This document shows, in pieces, positions 24,753 to 38,422 of a DNA stretch of 64,000 nt (position 1 is the first letter of the stretch; each line of letters opens with the position of its first letter). Both the position numbers and the translations under genes were made by a program. The notes under the pieces are model-generated. The model saw only the letters and a program-made list of their open reading frames with translations, searched no databases and was not told the origin of the DNA. This DNA comes from Mobula hypostoma (Eukaryota), in NCBI RefSeq assembly GCF_963921235.1, contig NC_086097.1, positions 245,460,001 to 245,524,000 of the forward strand, in the 5' to 3' direction.

Positions 24753-24909
24753 GCAACACACACACACAATGCTGGAGGAACTCAGCAGGTCAGGCAGCGT
24801 CCATGGAAACAAGTGAAAAGATGGTGTTTCGGGCTGAGACCTTTCTTCTTTACCCTTTTCCATGGATGCTGCCTGGACTGCTCAGTCCTCCGGCATTTTG
24901 TGTGTGTTG
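24753..24909. mobile_element. Older Penelope-derived fold-back element
   Basis: Imperfect inverted arms of the same family with a partial hammerhead remnant (GTTTCGGGCTGAGACCC). Further decayed pieces near 10415-10545, 21897-21985, 39590-39678 and 45045-45136. Confidence 0.75.
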
Positions 24910-25959
24910 ATGTGGAAAAGGTTGTGAGTTGTTGCAGGGGGCAGACCCTCTAGCACAATTGGAAAGAACAAAATTACCTTTTTTTCCTCATCAATGTTAT
25001 TTTACAAAACTCTTCAAGTCAAGTCAGGTTTTTTGTCATTTCACTATGTACGTGTATACCGTCAAATGAGACAATGTTTCTCCTGACCAGGGTGTAAAGC
25101 ACAGTATAACATACAACACACAATAACTGTGGAAAGTAAGGATAAAATCTACAGATGAATTACTTATAAATAAACAAAGTAAAGTGCATAAATTAAATAT
25201 TGTAAGGTATGGAATGGATTAACTTCAAATGTGATGTGGCAGGGAGTTCTGAAGCCTAATGGCCTGAGGGAAGAAACTGTTTCTCATCCTGACCATTCTT
25301 GTCTTTATGTATCGGAATCTCCTGCCTGGTGGTAGAAAGTCAAAGAGGATGCTGGATGGATGGGTGGGATCCTTGATAATACTAAGGGCCCTGCATATGC
25401 AGCGCTCCTGATCAATATCCCCGGTGGATGGTAGGGAGACCCCTATGGTCCTCTCAGCCATTCTCGCAGTCTTTTGTAGGGACTTCTAGTCTAATGCTTG
25501 GCTGCTCCCATACCAGACGGAGATGGAACTTTTTAACTGTGTTTTTCATTTGTGAATTACCAATTTTATAAGAACACTGAACAAATAGAGAGTCGACTGT
25601 CATGCTTCTTCTGCAAGTCAGAGAGATCAGGGCCTCTCTTGTCCTGCAGTTCCTTACCGGTGCAGGTGGTGACAAGGTGAGATAAAAAGGTGTATCAAAT
25701 TGCCTGGATGTCAGGAAGGGTGACCCAGCCAGTGCTTATAAGCACAGTCACCGTTGGAATGAAAAGACACTCACCTCCCCAGCTGTGTGGAAGATAGCTC
25801 CACAAATGAGCTCAGAATTAGATTCATTTATTTATCGATGTACATCAAAACATAGTTAAATGCGCCATTTGTGTTAACAGCCAACGCACCCAAGGATGTG
25901 CTGTGGGCAGCCCGCATCCCGGCGTCAACATAGCGTGCCCAACTTAGCCAATCTCTGGG

Positions 25960-26200
25960 TGTCAACCACGGGACTTGCTGATCTTGGGTTTAACCTTCGA
26001 ACCTTGACTATAGGAATCACTGATCATGGATTTGGCCTTTGGGCCTTGACCACAGCTCTGGCCGATTACGGAAATTCGCTGATCACTGATTTAACCTTTG
26101 GTTCTTGAGTTCCAGACTGATCATGGATTTGACCTTCGGGCCTTGACCAAAGGACTTGACAATCACGGTTTTGACTTTCGGACTTCGACTTCCAGACTCA
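25960..26200. repeat. Degenerate tandem repeat of about 40-45 bp within a LINE-like 5' UTR remnant
   Basis: Recurrent CTGATCATGGATTTGACCTTCGGGCCTTGAC-like units; the region ends near 26500 with CGCCATCTTGG (minus strand CCAAGATGGCG, like the start of the 18838 element). Confidence 0.55.
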
Positions 26201-27479
26201 CACGGACCTCCGACTCTGGTGACCTTGGTGTAGCTGCCAGCCCTCGTGACACCCACCAGTATGCATGTCTGGGGATCGCTGGTCTCCGTGGTGCCTGCCG
26301 ACCCGACCTCTGGAATCGCTGACTGTTGATTGTGGAGTGCAACGACCTGGACTCCGAACACTGGCTCCTGCCCCTGACCCCTAACTCTTCCTCATCCCCA
26401 GCCTGTCCCCTAGTTCCCCATGCTGTCCATCCCCAAAAACCGGAAAAACAGTTGTTCTGAGCCACAACGTTGATGAACATCGCAGCTCACGCCATCTTGG
26501 TGCGAGGCTGAGTGGCTGCATCTGCTTATGTCAGGAGTTATTTATCGAATTTTGGTGCCTACATAGTGTTCCCACAATGCTAGGTGGAACAACACAGAAC
26601 TCAACAAACCAGAACATGCCTAGCGACAAAGCAACAACAGCAAAATCAGCTCTTGTCCTCCCTCCCACCTATATATAGTCCTCTAACCCCAGGACAGGCC
26701 ATCTTAGGCCTCAGCCTTCAGCAGACTTGTGGACTCACAGACAATGGCCCTTTGACTTTCCTAGTGGACGAGAGAGATTCACAGACTTAAATCGGGCCTT
26801 GTCTTCTGGACTACCTGTGGGCTTCACTCACTGGTATCAATCCAGGATTCCCTGATGACGATGAATGAGAACCCTGCATAACAACCCCTGGATGAAGCCT
26901 CAAGCCTTGGAGTCGCCAATGACAGGATCTCATCGATTCCCATACCCAGGGGGTCCTCTGCCCTCGTGAAACTCTGATCCTGCGCCACATGAGGCAACCG
27001 ATGGTCTCACTTTAAGGACTCTATCTTGTTATTTTATGCTCATTATTTACTGCTATTTATTTGTATTTGCATTTGCAGAGTTTGTTGTTCTTTAATCCTG
27101 TTTACAGTTACTGTTATATAGATTTGCTAAGTATGCAGCAGGAAAAAGAATCTCAGGGTTGTATGTGGTGATATGTGTGTACCCTGATCATAAATTTCAC
27201 TTTGAACTTTGAACTTTGAACAGAGACGACTTGCTGACCTGGGGGTTGGGGAGGGGCACCAGGCCTCGTCCTTAAGTTTGCTGGCCTGACTTCCAACCAC
27301 TCTGAACACATAACAGGGGCTTAAACTCTGGCCTATCCTTAATTCCCCCACATCACTGTCCCTAAACCTCAACCTGACCCCTAACCCTGTCCCCAAAACC
27401 ATCCCTACAAATCTAAAACACAAATAAAAATAATCGTCTGAGCTGCGACCTCAACGAAGAGTTTTAGAAAAACATTTCG

Positions 27480-28200
27480 TAGCAATTTCATGACAGGGTT
27501 ATTTAATGTGAGTTTTTAGCGCTGGCCAGAGTTAATTTAATGTGAGATTTGAATTTGAATACAGTTAAGCATGAGGAGCATTTTGTATTCCTTTAACGTA
27601 CATTGTCTTCCCCTGCTTTCTAAGGAATGATTTGATGATTGCTCCGATTTAATTGTGTTTTGTCTCTGAGGTATTCTCTGCATCCGTTTTTTAAACCCAG
27701 GTCACTCCAACGGTGATTGTGAGCCTGAAAGAAGGTCTGTGATCAAAGGTTTTAACAATATCATTGGTCTATGGTGATTGATTGAGAACAGAAGCTCTGA
27801 AGCATTTTACATGCATGACTTTTTTTTACCTCATTGCTTCAGGTTCTGTGAATTTCCATTAACTGTTGGTAAAGTTTACATTTCTTTTGCAATCTGAGTC
27901 CATTAGGTTATGATGAAAACAGCAGGAAGAACACCACATTGTTTTAGCTCACAAGAAAGTGCTTTGACGTGAATTAGGATTACTTAGAGCCGGTTGTGCG
28001 CAGAACAGTGGAGGACGAAGTAGTTTACAATTCAAAGCACTTTTTTTTAAAGGCCTTTGAACTAAGAGCTGGTGCATTTACTCTTAAGCAGGTTTGGAAA
28101 AATTACTACAATGCCATTTGGTTGTATTGCTTTTTTAAAAAAACACCCTCTATGTGTTAGGAACCTCATTAGATGTCGGAACACTACCCTACTTTTTGCT
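27480..28200. promoter_or_regulatory. Candidate conserved non-coding element
   Basis: TE-free; TGACAG 27491, GATCAAAG 27741, AACAAT 27754, TGATTGAT 27775 and several TAAT cores. Confidence 0.35.
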
Positions 28201-30147
28201 CTGTCTTTGCACCACTTATTTATAGAAATAGAACATAGATCAGTACAGCACAGGAACAGGCCATTCGGCCCACAATGTTGTGCTGAACCAGCTAAATAGC
28301 AAATCAAAAACTCCCAAACACCTACACTACGTCCATACTTCACCATCCTCCTTACATCCATGTATCTATCTAAACATCTCTCAAAAGCCTCTAATGTATT
28401 TGCCTGTTCCACCACACCGGGCTGTGCATTCCAGGCATCCGCCACTCTCTGAGTAAAATACTTACCCCTCACATCCCCCTCTCACCCTCAATTCACGTCC
28501 TCTGGTATTAGACTTCCAGAACTTCCAGCATTCAACATCTATTTCTGATATAAATTCCTCATTGTAACTTATAGTGTTTTTGATGTATTGCACTGTTCTA
28601 ATGTGACACAACATATAGATAGACAGATAGATACAGTACTTTATTGATCCCAAAGGAAATGACAGAAGCGTTACAAGTGCACAGATATGCAAATATTAGA
28701 AGAGAAGTAAGAAAGAATAAAAAAATAAGTTAACTTGACCAGTCTAACAGGAGGGGATCATTACTTTCCCGGCTGTAGGCTGACTCATAGAGCGAGCCTA
28801 ATGGCCAAGAGTAAGAATGACCTCAAATAGCGCTGATTGGAACAGCGCTGTTGTCTTAGTGCATCAGTGATAATAAATCTGATTCCGATTCTGGGTTAGG
28901 AAAGACGGTAGAAAACTTTTTCCCATGGTATAGATGTCTGTAGCCAGAAGATATAGATTAAGATAAGAAGCAAGAGGTGCCTGGGAAACAGAAGAACGGA
29001 GACTCCCACAACAGTTAAGGAATATCTGGACAAGCATTTGAATCGCCAAGGCACTACTTATATCTTATAGAACATGGAGCAGTACAACACAGGCCCTTCA
29101 GCCCATGATATTTTGCCAACATTTTAATGATTCTAACCCTTCCCTCCCACATTTTTCTTTCATCCATGTGCCTATCTAAGAGAATCTCAATGTACTTGTC
29201 TCTACCACCATCCCTGGGAGGGTGTTCCACTCTCTGTGTAAAATTCAATTGAGTTGACTTTATTACTTACATCCTTCATATACCTGAGGAGTAAAAATCT
29301 TTACAATGTGTCTCTGTCTAAATGTGCAATGTACAATTTATAGTAATTTATAATAAATAGTATGTACAACAGGACAGTCAATATAACACAGAAATACAAT
29401 TGTATCAGCATGAATTAATCGGTCTGATGGCCTGGTGGAAGAAGCTGTCCCGGAGCCTGTTGGTCCTGGCTTTTATGCTGCGGTACCGTTTCCCGGATGG
29501 TAGCAGCCAGAACAGTTTGTGGTCGGGGTGACTCGGGTCCTTCATGTCCTTTTTACACACCTGTCTTTGTACGTGTTCTGAATAGTGGGAAGTTCACAAC
29601 TACAGCTGCGCTGGGCTGTCCGCACCACTCTCTGCAGAGTCCTGCGATTGAGGGAAGTACAGTTCCCATACCAGGCAGTGATGCAGCCAGTCAGGATGCT
29701 CTTACCTCTGGCATTTCTCCACCTCCCCCTCCATACTTTCCTCCAAACACTATAAATTTATGCTCATCATATTTATGTTCTCAATATAGTTCTTATTGTA
29801 ACTTATAGTTGCACTGTTCTGCTGCCACAAGACAACAAATTTCATGACATGTCACTGAAGATACACCTGATTCTGATTCTAAACCCACGTGAGGGCGTTC
29901 GCAATTATTCTTTTATTCCCTACCGCTGATGAGTTGTAGCGGTTTGTGCATCGCTTTGCAGCACCACTGACCTGGTCCAATTCCCCCCGCTGCCTGTAAG
30001 TTCTTATTTATATGTAAAGGAACTATTTACTTTCACTTGCATTTGCACAGTTTGCTGGTCATTGATCCTGTTTACAGTTACTGTTCTATAGATTTGCTAA
30101 GTATGCCTGCAGAAAAAGAATCTCAGGGTTGTATGTGGTGACTTGTA

Positions 30148-30516
30148 TACTTTATACTTTATACTTCATTGTCACCAAACAATTGATACTAGAATGTACA
30201 ATCATCACAGCGATATTTGATTCTGCGCTTCCCGCTCCCTGGATTACAAATCATAGTAAATATTAAAAATTTAAATTATAAATCATAAATAGAAAATAGA
30301 AAAATGGAAAGTAAGGTAGTGCAAAAAAAAACCCAAGTGGCAGGTCTGGATATTTGGAGGGTACGGCCCAGATCCGGGTCAGGATCCGTTCAGCAGTCTT
30401 ATCACAGTTGGAAAGAAGCTGTTCCCAGATCTGGCCGTATGAGTCTTCAAGCTCCTGAGCCTTCACCCGGAGGGAAGAGCGACAAAAAGTGTGTTGGCTG
30501 GGTGGGTCGTGTCCTT
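30148..30516 (-). mobile_element. Second copy of the same Rex/Babar-like subfamily 3' end
   Basis: Shares ATTGTCACCAAACAATTGATACTAGAA...GGATCCGTTCAGCAGTCTTATCACAGTTGGAAAGAA with 20680-21128. Confidence 0.85.
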
Positions 30517-30779
30517 ATGTACTCTGATCATAAGTTTTAGTTTGAACTTTGAACTTCTCCCTGTGAACCATGTGGATTTCCTCTGGGTGCTCTGGTTTCC
30601 TTCCACATTCCAAAGGCGTACGGGTTAGTCGGTGTGATTGGTCACATGGGTGTAACTGGGTGACTCAGGATCATTGTATCGGAAGGGCTTGTTAGCTTGG
30701 TGTATCTCGAAATCAGTAGTGAAGTGAATAAATCTCAGAAGTTGAAGGGATAAAAATTTTTATGGAATAATTGTGGCCA

Positions 30780-31480
30780 CACTGTTGTGATTATGATTAT
30801 TTCAGAGTAAACCACCGTGCCCAAACAGAGTGAGATTTTTTTTCCCTTCTTTGCCATGTCCACCCCCATCCCCTCTGCAAATCAGCGTGAGGTCTTCATC
30901 CTCTTTTTGTGCTCCCACACCATGACGTGGGCCAGAAGCTCTGTCCCTCCGCGGCTTTGACAAGGCGTAAACCTTTGCAGCTGTCCTGATGGGCTACAGT
31001 GATTGGATTCAACTGAAGTACTTCTTCACACTGGGAGGAGCTGAATCTTAAACAAATCCCTTTTATCACTCGCAGTTCTATACACACCCCATAAAAATTG
31101 CATTAAGCACACAGTGTTTTAGTCTGATTGTACTTGAAATGAATAGTTTCCAGAAGCTGCAAATTTTGCGTCCCTTTGTGGAAGGCAAAATGTAAAGGAG
31201 CTATCAGTCAGAATTTACTCACTTTCTACTTTTGGCGGTTGCTATTGTAGAAGAGTCACCTCGTTTATAGTTTTATTCTACCCCCCCCACCCCCACCCCC
31301 CCCAGCGCAGAGTCAAGCTTGGAGGCAGGCCCCTGGAATGGATCGATAACTGGGCTTATAGCTTTGATTACAGAAAATGCAAATGGATTATTTTTATAAA
31401 CCATTAAAACATTTATAGATCACACCTTGTCTTCAAGTTGTATTTGAATGGTGTCTTTTGTACGATTTTCCTTTATGCCT
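30780..31480. promoter_or_regulatory. Candidate conserved non-coding element
   Basis: TE-free; CTTTGAT 31362, ATGCAAAT 31377 and TTTTTATAAA 31391 within 40 bp. Confidence 0.35.
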
Positions 31481-31780
31481 TTTATTTATTTAGAGATACA
31501 GCACGGTAACAAACCCTTTCGACCGAATGAGTACACGCCATCCATTTACACCCTTGTGACCAATTAACCTACAAACCCACATGTCTTTGGCACGAGGGAG
31601 GAAACGAAACACACAGAGGAAACCCACGCAGTCATGGGGAGAAGATATAAACTCTTTACAAACAGTGCTGGGAATTGAACGCAGGTTGCCTGAGCCTTAA
31701 CAGCACAATGCTAATATACCATTCAAGGCTTTAAAAGTTCAAGAGTTCAAAGTAAAATTTACTATCAAAGTACATATATT

Positions 31781-31979
31781 CAAGAAGAAGATGAAGATGA
31801 AGAATAGCCCTTAACTCGGCAGTGGACACCGGGGCACCGTCATGACAGTGTTTCCGTAGCAAGCTATTCTTGTTTTTACGAGGCCGAGTTGCTAGCTCGA
31901 CGCTCAACCCGACTTGGATTCGAACTCGGGAACCTTCGCTCCGGAGTCCGGCGCTGACATTATTGCGCCACCAAGCGGG
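31781..31979 (-). mobile_element. tRNA-derived SINE, same head and body as 24459 but different tail
   Basis: B box AGTTCGAATCC; shared GGGTTGAG...GAGCT...GCAACTC...CGTAAAA body; (CTT/CATCTT)n tail; TSD ACATATATT at 31772-31780 and 31980-31988. Confidence 0.85.
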
Positions 31980-32235
31980 ACATATATTTAAGGTTCAAGG
32001 TTCATTTAAGTCATCATACACAACCCTGAGATTCATTTCTTGTGGGCATGATTAATAAATCTATAGAATAATAACTATAACAGAATCAATGAAAGACTGT
32101 CCAACTAGGGTGTTCAACCAGGGTGCAGAAGACGACAAACTGTAAATGCAAAAGAAGAAATAATAATATAAAAAAATAAGCAATACCTATCAAGAACATA
32201 AGATGAAGAGTCTTTGAAAGTGAGTCCATTGGTTG

Positions 32236-32466
32236 GGCATGGGGCCAAGTGGTTAAGGCATTCGTCTAGTGATTTGAAGGTCGCTAGTTTGAGCTTCAGC
32301 TGTGGCAGCATGTTTGTGTCCTTGAGCAAGGCACTTAACCACACATTGCTCTAGTGTCTGTGTGAGGAGCGGCGCCCCACACAGACTTACAATCTGCGCC
32401 TTGTAAGGCATGAAAATGCCCGACGCAGGCCTCTCATGGTCTGAGTCGACGTTCCCTCCCCTCCCC
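32236..32466 (+). mobile_element. tRNA-derived SINE with CORE-like body
   Basis: A box GGCCAAGTGG, GTGTCCTTGAGCAAGGCACTTAACC (CORE-like); TSD CCATTGGTTG at 32226-32235 and 32467-32476; inserted in a Rex 3' UTR. Confidence 0.85.
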
Positions 32467-33924
32467 CCATTGGTTGTGGGAACATTTCAGTGACAGGGTA
32501 AGTGAAGTTGAGTGAAGTTTGTCCCTTTGGTTTAAGAGTCTAATGGTTGAGGGGTAATAACTGTTTCTGAACCTGGTGGTATGGGTCCTGAGCTTCCTGT
32601 ACCTTCTTCCTGAAGGCAGAGAGAATGTCCTTTCTTTCTCAATGCCCCACTACCCTCATGCCATAACTTAATATCCTTAAAGAAGATATCATTAATATCC
32701 ATACCTACTCCGGGCTGCTCTGGGGATTTGGATCAATTTGGTTTGGGATGCTGTTGTTACTCACATCTATTGTTTGCATCATGTGTTTTTTCCCCTCTCT
32801 TTCTCTGTGCAATTGGGTTCTTTTGGGTTTCTTGCTTTGTGGCTACCTGTAAGCAAACAAATCTCAAGGTTGTATAATTTATACATCCTTTGATAATAAA
32901 TGTACCTTGAATACTTTGAAGGGGTGGCAGACCTACGGCACAAATTGGTATGTGTAAAATACTTCGCTGGCACGTGACATCTGGGGCCGTTCCTTGATTC
33001 TTCAAATCCCACCCGTAATAAAAAGATGCATAATAATTATTTTTACTGCCAAATAATGCAGCAAAGGATTTTTTATAACCCTATAACAGTGAGATGTTTT
33101 TGCAGGAAATGTCTCCCACCAGCTTGGTGCCAGCTAGATTGTTATGAGAGCACGCAACGTTGGATGATACAGTTTAGAATCCTTGCAGACCTGGTGTGAA
33201 CACCAGTATTTAGATAATAAACAGTTACAATAACAATACTATATGGAAATAATGTTATTTTACAGATGTCTGTTTAAAAGATTAATATCAATAATCTTTG
33301 AACTGTTTTCTAAAATACTTCATTTATTTCAATTCTATAAGAGGTGTAGAGTCATAGAAAAGTACAGCACAGAAACAGGCCCTTCAGCCCATCTAGTCTG
33401 TGCCAAGCCATTTAAAATGCCTACACCCACTAACCCTCCATACCCCTACCATCCACGTACCTATCCAAACTTCTCTTAAACATTGATATCGAGCTCGCAT
33501 GCACCACTTGTGCTGGCAGCTCCTTCCACTCTCTCATAAATCTCTGAGTGAAGAAGTTTCACCTCATGTTCCCCTTGAACTTTTCACCTTCCACCTTTTA
33601 TTAACAGTAAAACAATGAATACATGCAAGTAAGCAACAGGACTCATTTTCCTCGTTAATCAGTGAGATGTAGGTGCCATATATCCATTTATCGTCTGTCT
33701 GTGTTGTATTTGTGTTGCACATCCTCGCTCTGGTTAAGGGAAACATGGGGTTGGGCTGTGGTAGAAATAAATCACCTGCTCACCTGCATGGTGGTATAAA
33801 GAGGGGGTGAGTAGGGAACACATATTTTTTGTTGACCACTTGTCTTTGTCTGAATTTGATAAAATTACGCCAGTTTTACACGAATCACAGAAGAGTTGCA
33901 TGATTTCATTGTTTGTATGTAATA

Positions 33925-34456
33925 AACATAGAACATAGAATAGTACAGCACAGTACAGGCCCTTCGGCCCACAATGTTGTGCGGACCCTCAAACCCTGCC
34001 TCCCATATAACCCCCCACCTTAAATTCCTCCATATACCTGTCTAGTAGTCTCTTAAACGTCACTAGTGTATCTGCCTCCACCACTGACTCAGGCAGTGCA
34101 TTCCACGCACCAACCATTCTCTGAGTAAAAAACCTTCCTCTAATATCCCCCTTGAACTTCCCACCCCTTACCTTAAAGCCATGTCCTCTTGTATTGAGCA
34201 ATGGTGCCCTGGGGAAGAGACGCTGGCTCTCCACTCTATCTATTCCTCTTATTATCTTGTACACTTCTATCATGTCTCCTCTCATCCTCCTTCTCTCCAA
34301 AGAGTAAAGCCCTAGCTCCCTTAATCTCTGATCATAAGTCATACTCTCTAAACCAGGCAGCATCCTAGTAAATCTCCTCTGTACCCTTTCCAATGCTTCC
34401 ACATCCTTCCTTTAGTGAGGTGACCAGAACTGGACACAGTACTCCAAGTGTGGCCA
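33925..34456 (-). mobile_element. Young CR1 3' fragment
   Basis: Intact ORF ALERVQRRFTRMLPGL...FFTQRMVGAWNALP; near-identical to 42346-42681; (CATAGAA)n tail. Confidence 0.93.
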
Positions 34457-36125
34457 AGGGTTACTCCAAGGATTAACCATACTTTTTCAGCTTGGAATTC
34501 AGTTAGTTGGAAATGCCATACTCCCTCACTTAGCCTCCCAGCCCCCTTTAGTTTGTTTTCAAGTAGTTGCTACAATGATAGTCTCTGCTCAAATTTACCA
34601 GGGCATATTTTTTGCCACTTTGGGTATAAGCTCTCAAAAGGTTTTGGCACCCATAAGACAAAGGGGCAGAATTAGGCCATTCATCCCATCGAGTCGTGTT
34701 CTGCAAGACCTCTGCTCACCCCTGTGAAGAGTTGATGAAATGCTTAACTTTACTGAGGAAGTCAGAGAGTCGGGGATGTTTTTGTTGATTAACTGTTGGA
34801 GCTGCTTACATTGTATTGATGCAAACATGCATGTAATTTAATAGTCTGGCTGGCCAGTAAGTTAATTTTGAATATTGTTAAACAATACCAGCATTCCTAA
34901 TTACAGAACTTGGTACCTACATGCTGTTTGGAAAATTTTAATTGGAGAATTATAAATTGGTTCTTTGCTATTCATTTATTTAACAATTTAGTTCAAATCT
35001 CTGGAAAATAAGTTTGTTTGTAGTTGCTTTCTGAAGTGTTACATTCATATTAATGCAAACAGCACATTTCACTGTATGGTTTGATATACCTGAAGTAGAT
35101 GAATCTAAATATTTACACTCAGTAGACTGAAAACTTGATTCTGCTCATGAAATGATTGTATATTTTGATCAAACTTTCCTTATGCACTTGGTTTAGGTAC
35201 CTTTTAAAAGTTATAAATAGAGTTTTTCACCACCAAATGAGTTGTATACATGTAAACAAACTAATTTTCTCTCCTTTATTTAACATATTTTGCCAAACTA
35301 ATGTATTTTTCCTCACAGGATTATAAATATCTGATGTTTTTTCCTCTTAAAGACAAGCTGTAATCAAATCTGTGTGGATATATCCAGCAGTAGAGAAAAG
35401 TCAATCGTAAATTTATTATCAAATTACATATATGTCACCAGATTTTATCCTGAGATTCGTAGAAACCATAGAAACCATAGAAAACTACAGCACAGAAACA
35501 GGCCTTTTGGCCCTTCTTGGCTGTGCCGAACCATTTTCTGCCTAGTCCCACTGACCTGCACACGGACCATATCCCTCCATGCACCTCCCATCCATGTATC
35601 TGTCCAATTTATTCTTAAATGTTAAAAAAGAACCAGCTTTTCCCCCCTCACCCTTAACCCATGTCCTCTGTTTTCTTTCTCCCCTTGCCTCAGTGGAAAA
35701 AGCCTGCTTGCATTCACTCTATCTATACCCATCATAATTTTATATACCTCTATCAAATCTCCCCTCATTCTTCTACGCTCCAGGGAATAAAGTCCTGACC
35801 TATTCAACCTTTCTCTGTAACTGAGTTTCTCAGTTTGCTTCAGGCATTTGCAGGAAAATAAAATAACTAGAATTGATAAAAACTATACATAAAGACTGAA
35901 CAACCAACCAATGTGCAAAAAAGGCAAATTGTGGAAACAAAATAAATAAATGAATAATACTGAGAAAGTGAGTCAGAATTCTTCAAAGTTGAGTGTGTAG
36001 GTTGTGGAATCAGCACAGAGCTGAGGTGGCTGAGTGAAGAATGTGACGTGTTAACAGGCATTTACTGCAGCGGGTGGGGACCAATTCAAGGATCAAAGAA
36101 CAACTGTATTGCCCACATACATTTC

Positions 36126-37490
36126 AGAATCAGATTCGGAATCAGGTTTAATATCACCGGCATATGTCGTGAAATTTGTTAACTTTGCTGCAGCAGTATA
36201 ATGCAATATATGATAAATATAGAAACAAACTGAATTATAGTAAGTATACTATATATATATAGTAGTTAAATTAAGATAAGTAGTGCAAAACAGAAATATT
36301 TTAAAGAATAGTGAGATAGTGTTCATGTATTCAATGTCCATGTAGAAATCAGATGGCAGAAGGGAAGAAGCTGTTCCTGAATTGTTGAGTGTGTGCCTTC
36401 AGGCTTCTGTACCTCCTACCTGATGGTAACATTGAGAAGAGGGCATGTCCTGGGTGGTGGGGGTCCTTGATGATGGATGCCGTTTTTCTGAGGCACCGCT
36501 CCATGAAGATGCCCTGGATACTATGGAGGCTAGTACCCATGATGGAACTGACTAACTTTACAACTCTCTGCAGCTTACTTTGATCCTGTGCACTACCCCC
36601 CCCCCCCCGCCACCATACCAGACGGAGATGCAGCTAGTCAGAATGCTGTCCGCGGTACAGCTGTAGAGGCTTTCGAGTGCTTCAGGTGACAAATTAAATC
36701 CCCTCAAGCTCATGATGAAATATAGCTGCTGTCTTGCCTTCCTTATAGCTGCACCAATATGTTGGGACCAGGTTAGATCCTCAAAGGTATTGACACCCGG
36801 GAACTTGAAACTGCTCACTCTCTCCACTTCTGATCCCTCTATGAGGATTGGTATGTGTTCCTTCGTCTTACCCTTCCTGAAGTCCACAATCAGCTCTTTG
36901 GTCATACTGACATTGAGTGCCAGGTTGTTGCTGTGACACCACTCCACTAGCTGGTATATCTCACTCCTGTACACCCTCTCGTCACCATCTGAGATTCTAC
37001 CAACAATGGTTGTATCATCAGCAAATTTATAGATGGTATTTGAGCTATGCCTAGCCACACAGTCATAGATATAGAGAGAGTAGAGCAGAGGGCTAAGCAC
37101 ACACCCCTGAGGTGCACCAGTGTTGATTGTCTGCAAGGTGGAGATGTTATTTCCAATCCACACAGATTGTGGTCTGATGTTTAGGAAGTTGGGGATCCAG
37201 ATGCAGAGGGAGGTACAGAGACCCAGGTTCTGTAACTTCTCAATCAGGATTGTGGGAATGATGGTGTTAAATATGGAGCTATAGTTGATGAACAGCATCC
37301 TGAATAGGTGTTTGTATTGTCCGGGTGATCCAAGACTGCGTAGAGAACCACTGAGATTGTATCCGCTGTAGACCTATTGTGATGATAAGAAAATTGCAGT
37401 TGGTCCAGGTCCTTGCTGAGGCAGGAGCTGATTCTGGCCATGACCAACCCCTCAAAGCATTTCATCACCGTAGATGTGAGTGTTACTGGA
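36126..37490 (-). mobile_element. Rex1/Babar-type LINE fragment with RT domain (degenerate)
   Basis: ORF 36558-37298 contains [16 protein letters not shown] and [10 protein letters not shown] motifs; downstream SIIKDPHHPGHALFSMLPSGRRYRS; (CAGAAT)-type tail. Confidence 0.92.
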
Positions 37491-37663
37491 TGATTGTCAT
37501 GAAATATGTAATTAGGCATCAGCAGTACATTGCAATACAAATAATAAAAAGAACCGTAAATTACAGGAAGTATGTATATATTTAAAAAGTTAGATTAAAT
37601 ATGTAGTGCAAAAAAAGAAAATAACAAGTAGTGAGTGAAGTCGTGTCCATGGGTTCAATGACG

Positions 37664-38422
37664 ATAGACAATAGACAATAGGTGCAGGAGTAGGCCATTC
37701 GGCCCTTCGAGCCAGCACCACCATTCACTGTGATCATGGCTGATCATCCACTATCAGTATCCAGTTCCTGCCTTATCCCCATAACCTTTGATTCCACTAT
37801 CTTTAAGAGCTCTATCCATCTCTTTTTTGAAAGCATCCAGAGACTTGGCCTCCACAGCCTTCTGGGGCAGAGCATTCCATATATCCACCACTCTCTGGGT
37901 GAAAAAGTTTTTCCTCAACTCCGTTCTAAATGGCCTACCCCGAATTCTTAAACTGTGGCCTCTGGTTCTGGATTCACCCATCAGCGGGAACATGCTTCCT
38001 GCCTCCAGCGTGTCCAATCCCTTAATAATCTTATATGTTTCAATAAGATCCCCTCTCAGCCTTCTAAATTCCAGAGTATACCAGCCCAGTCGCTCCAATC
38101 TTTCGACATATGACAGTCCCGCCATCCCGGGAATTAACCTTGTGAACCTATGCTGCACTCCCTCAATAGCAAGAATGTCTTTCCTCAAATTTGGAGACCA
38201 AAACTGCACACAGTACTCCAGGTGTGGTCTCACCAGGGCCCTGTACAGCTGCGGAAAGACCTCTTTGCTCCTATACTTAATTCCCCTTGTTATGAAGGCC
38301 AGCATGCCATTAGCTTTCTTCACTGCCTGCTGTACTTGCCTGCTTACTTTCAGTGACTGATGAACAAGAACACCTGGATCTCGTTGTGCTTCCCTTTTTA
38401 CTAACTTGACTCCATTTAGATA
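37664..38422 (-). mobile_element. Young CR1 3' fragment inserted into a Rex/Babar fragment
   Basis: ORF with VKKANGMLAFI...LVRPHLEYCVQFWSP...FFTQRVVDIWNALP; (ATAGACA)n tail. Confidence 0.94.

Noticed and set aside
35300..35340. Acceptor-like TTTTTCCTCACAG as the next GLI3 exon
   Set aside because: In phase 1 it gives an immediate stop (G|GA TTA TAA) and no EDESPGQ similarity.
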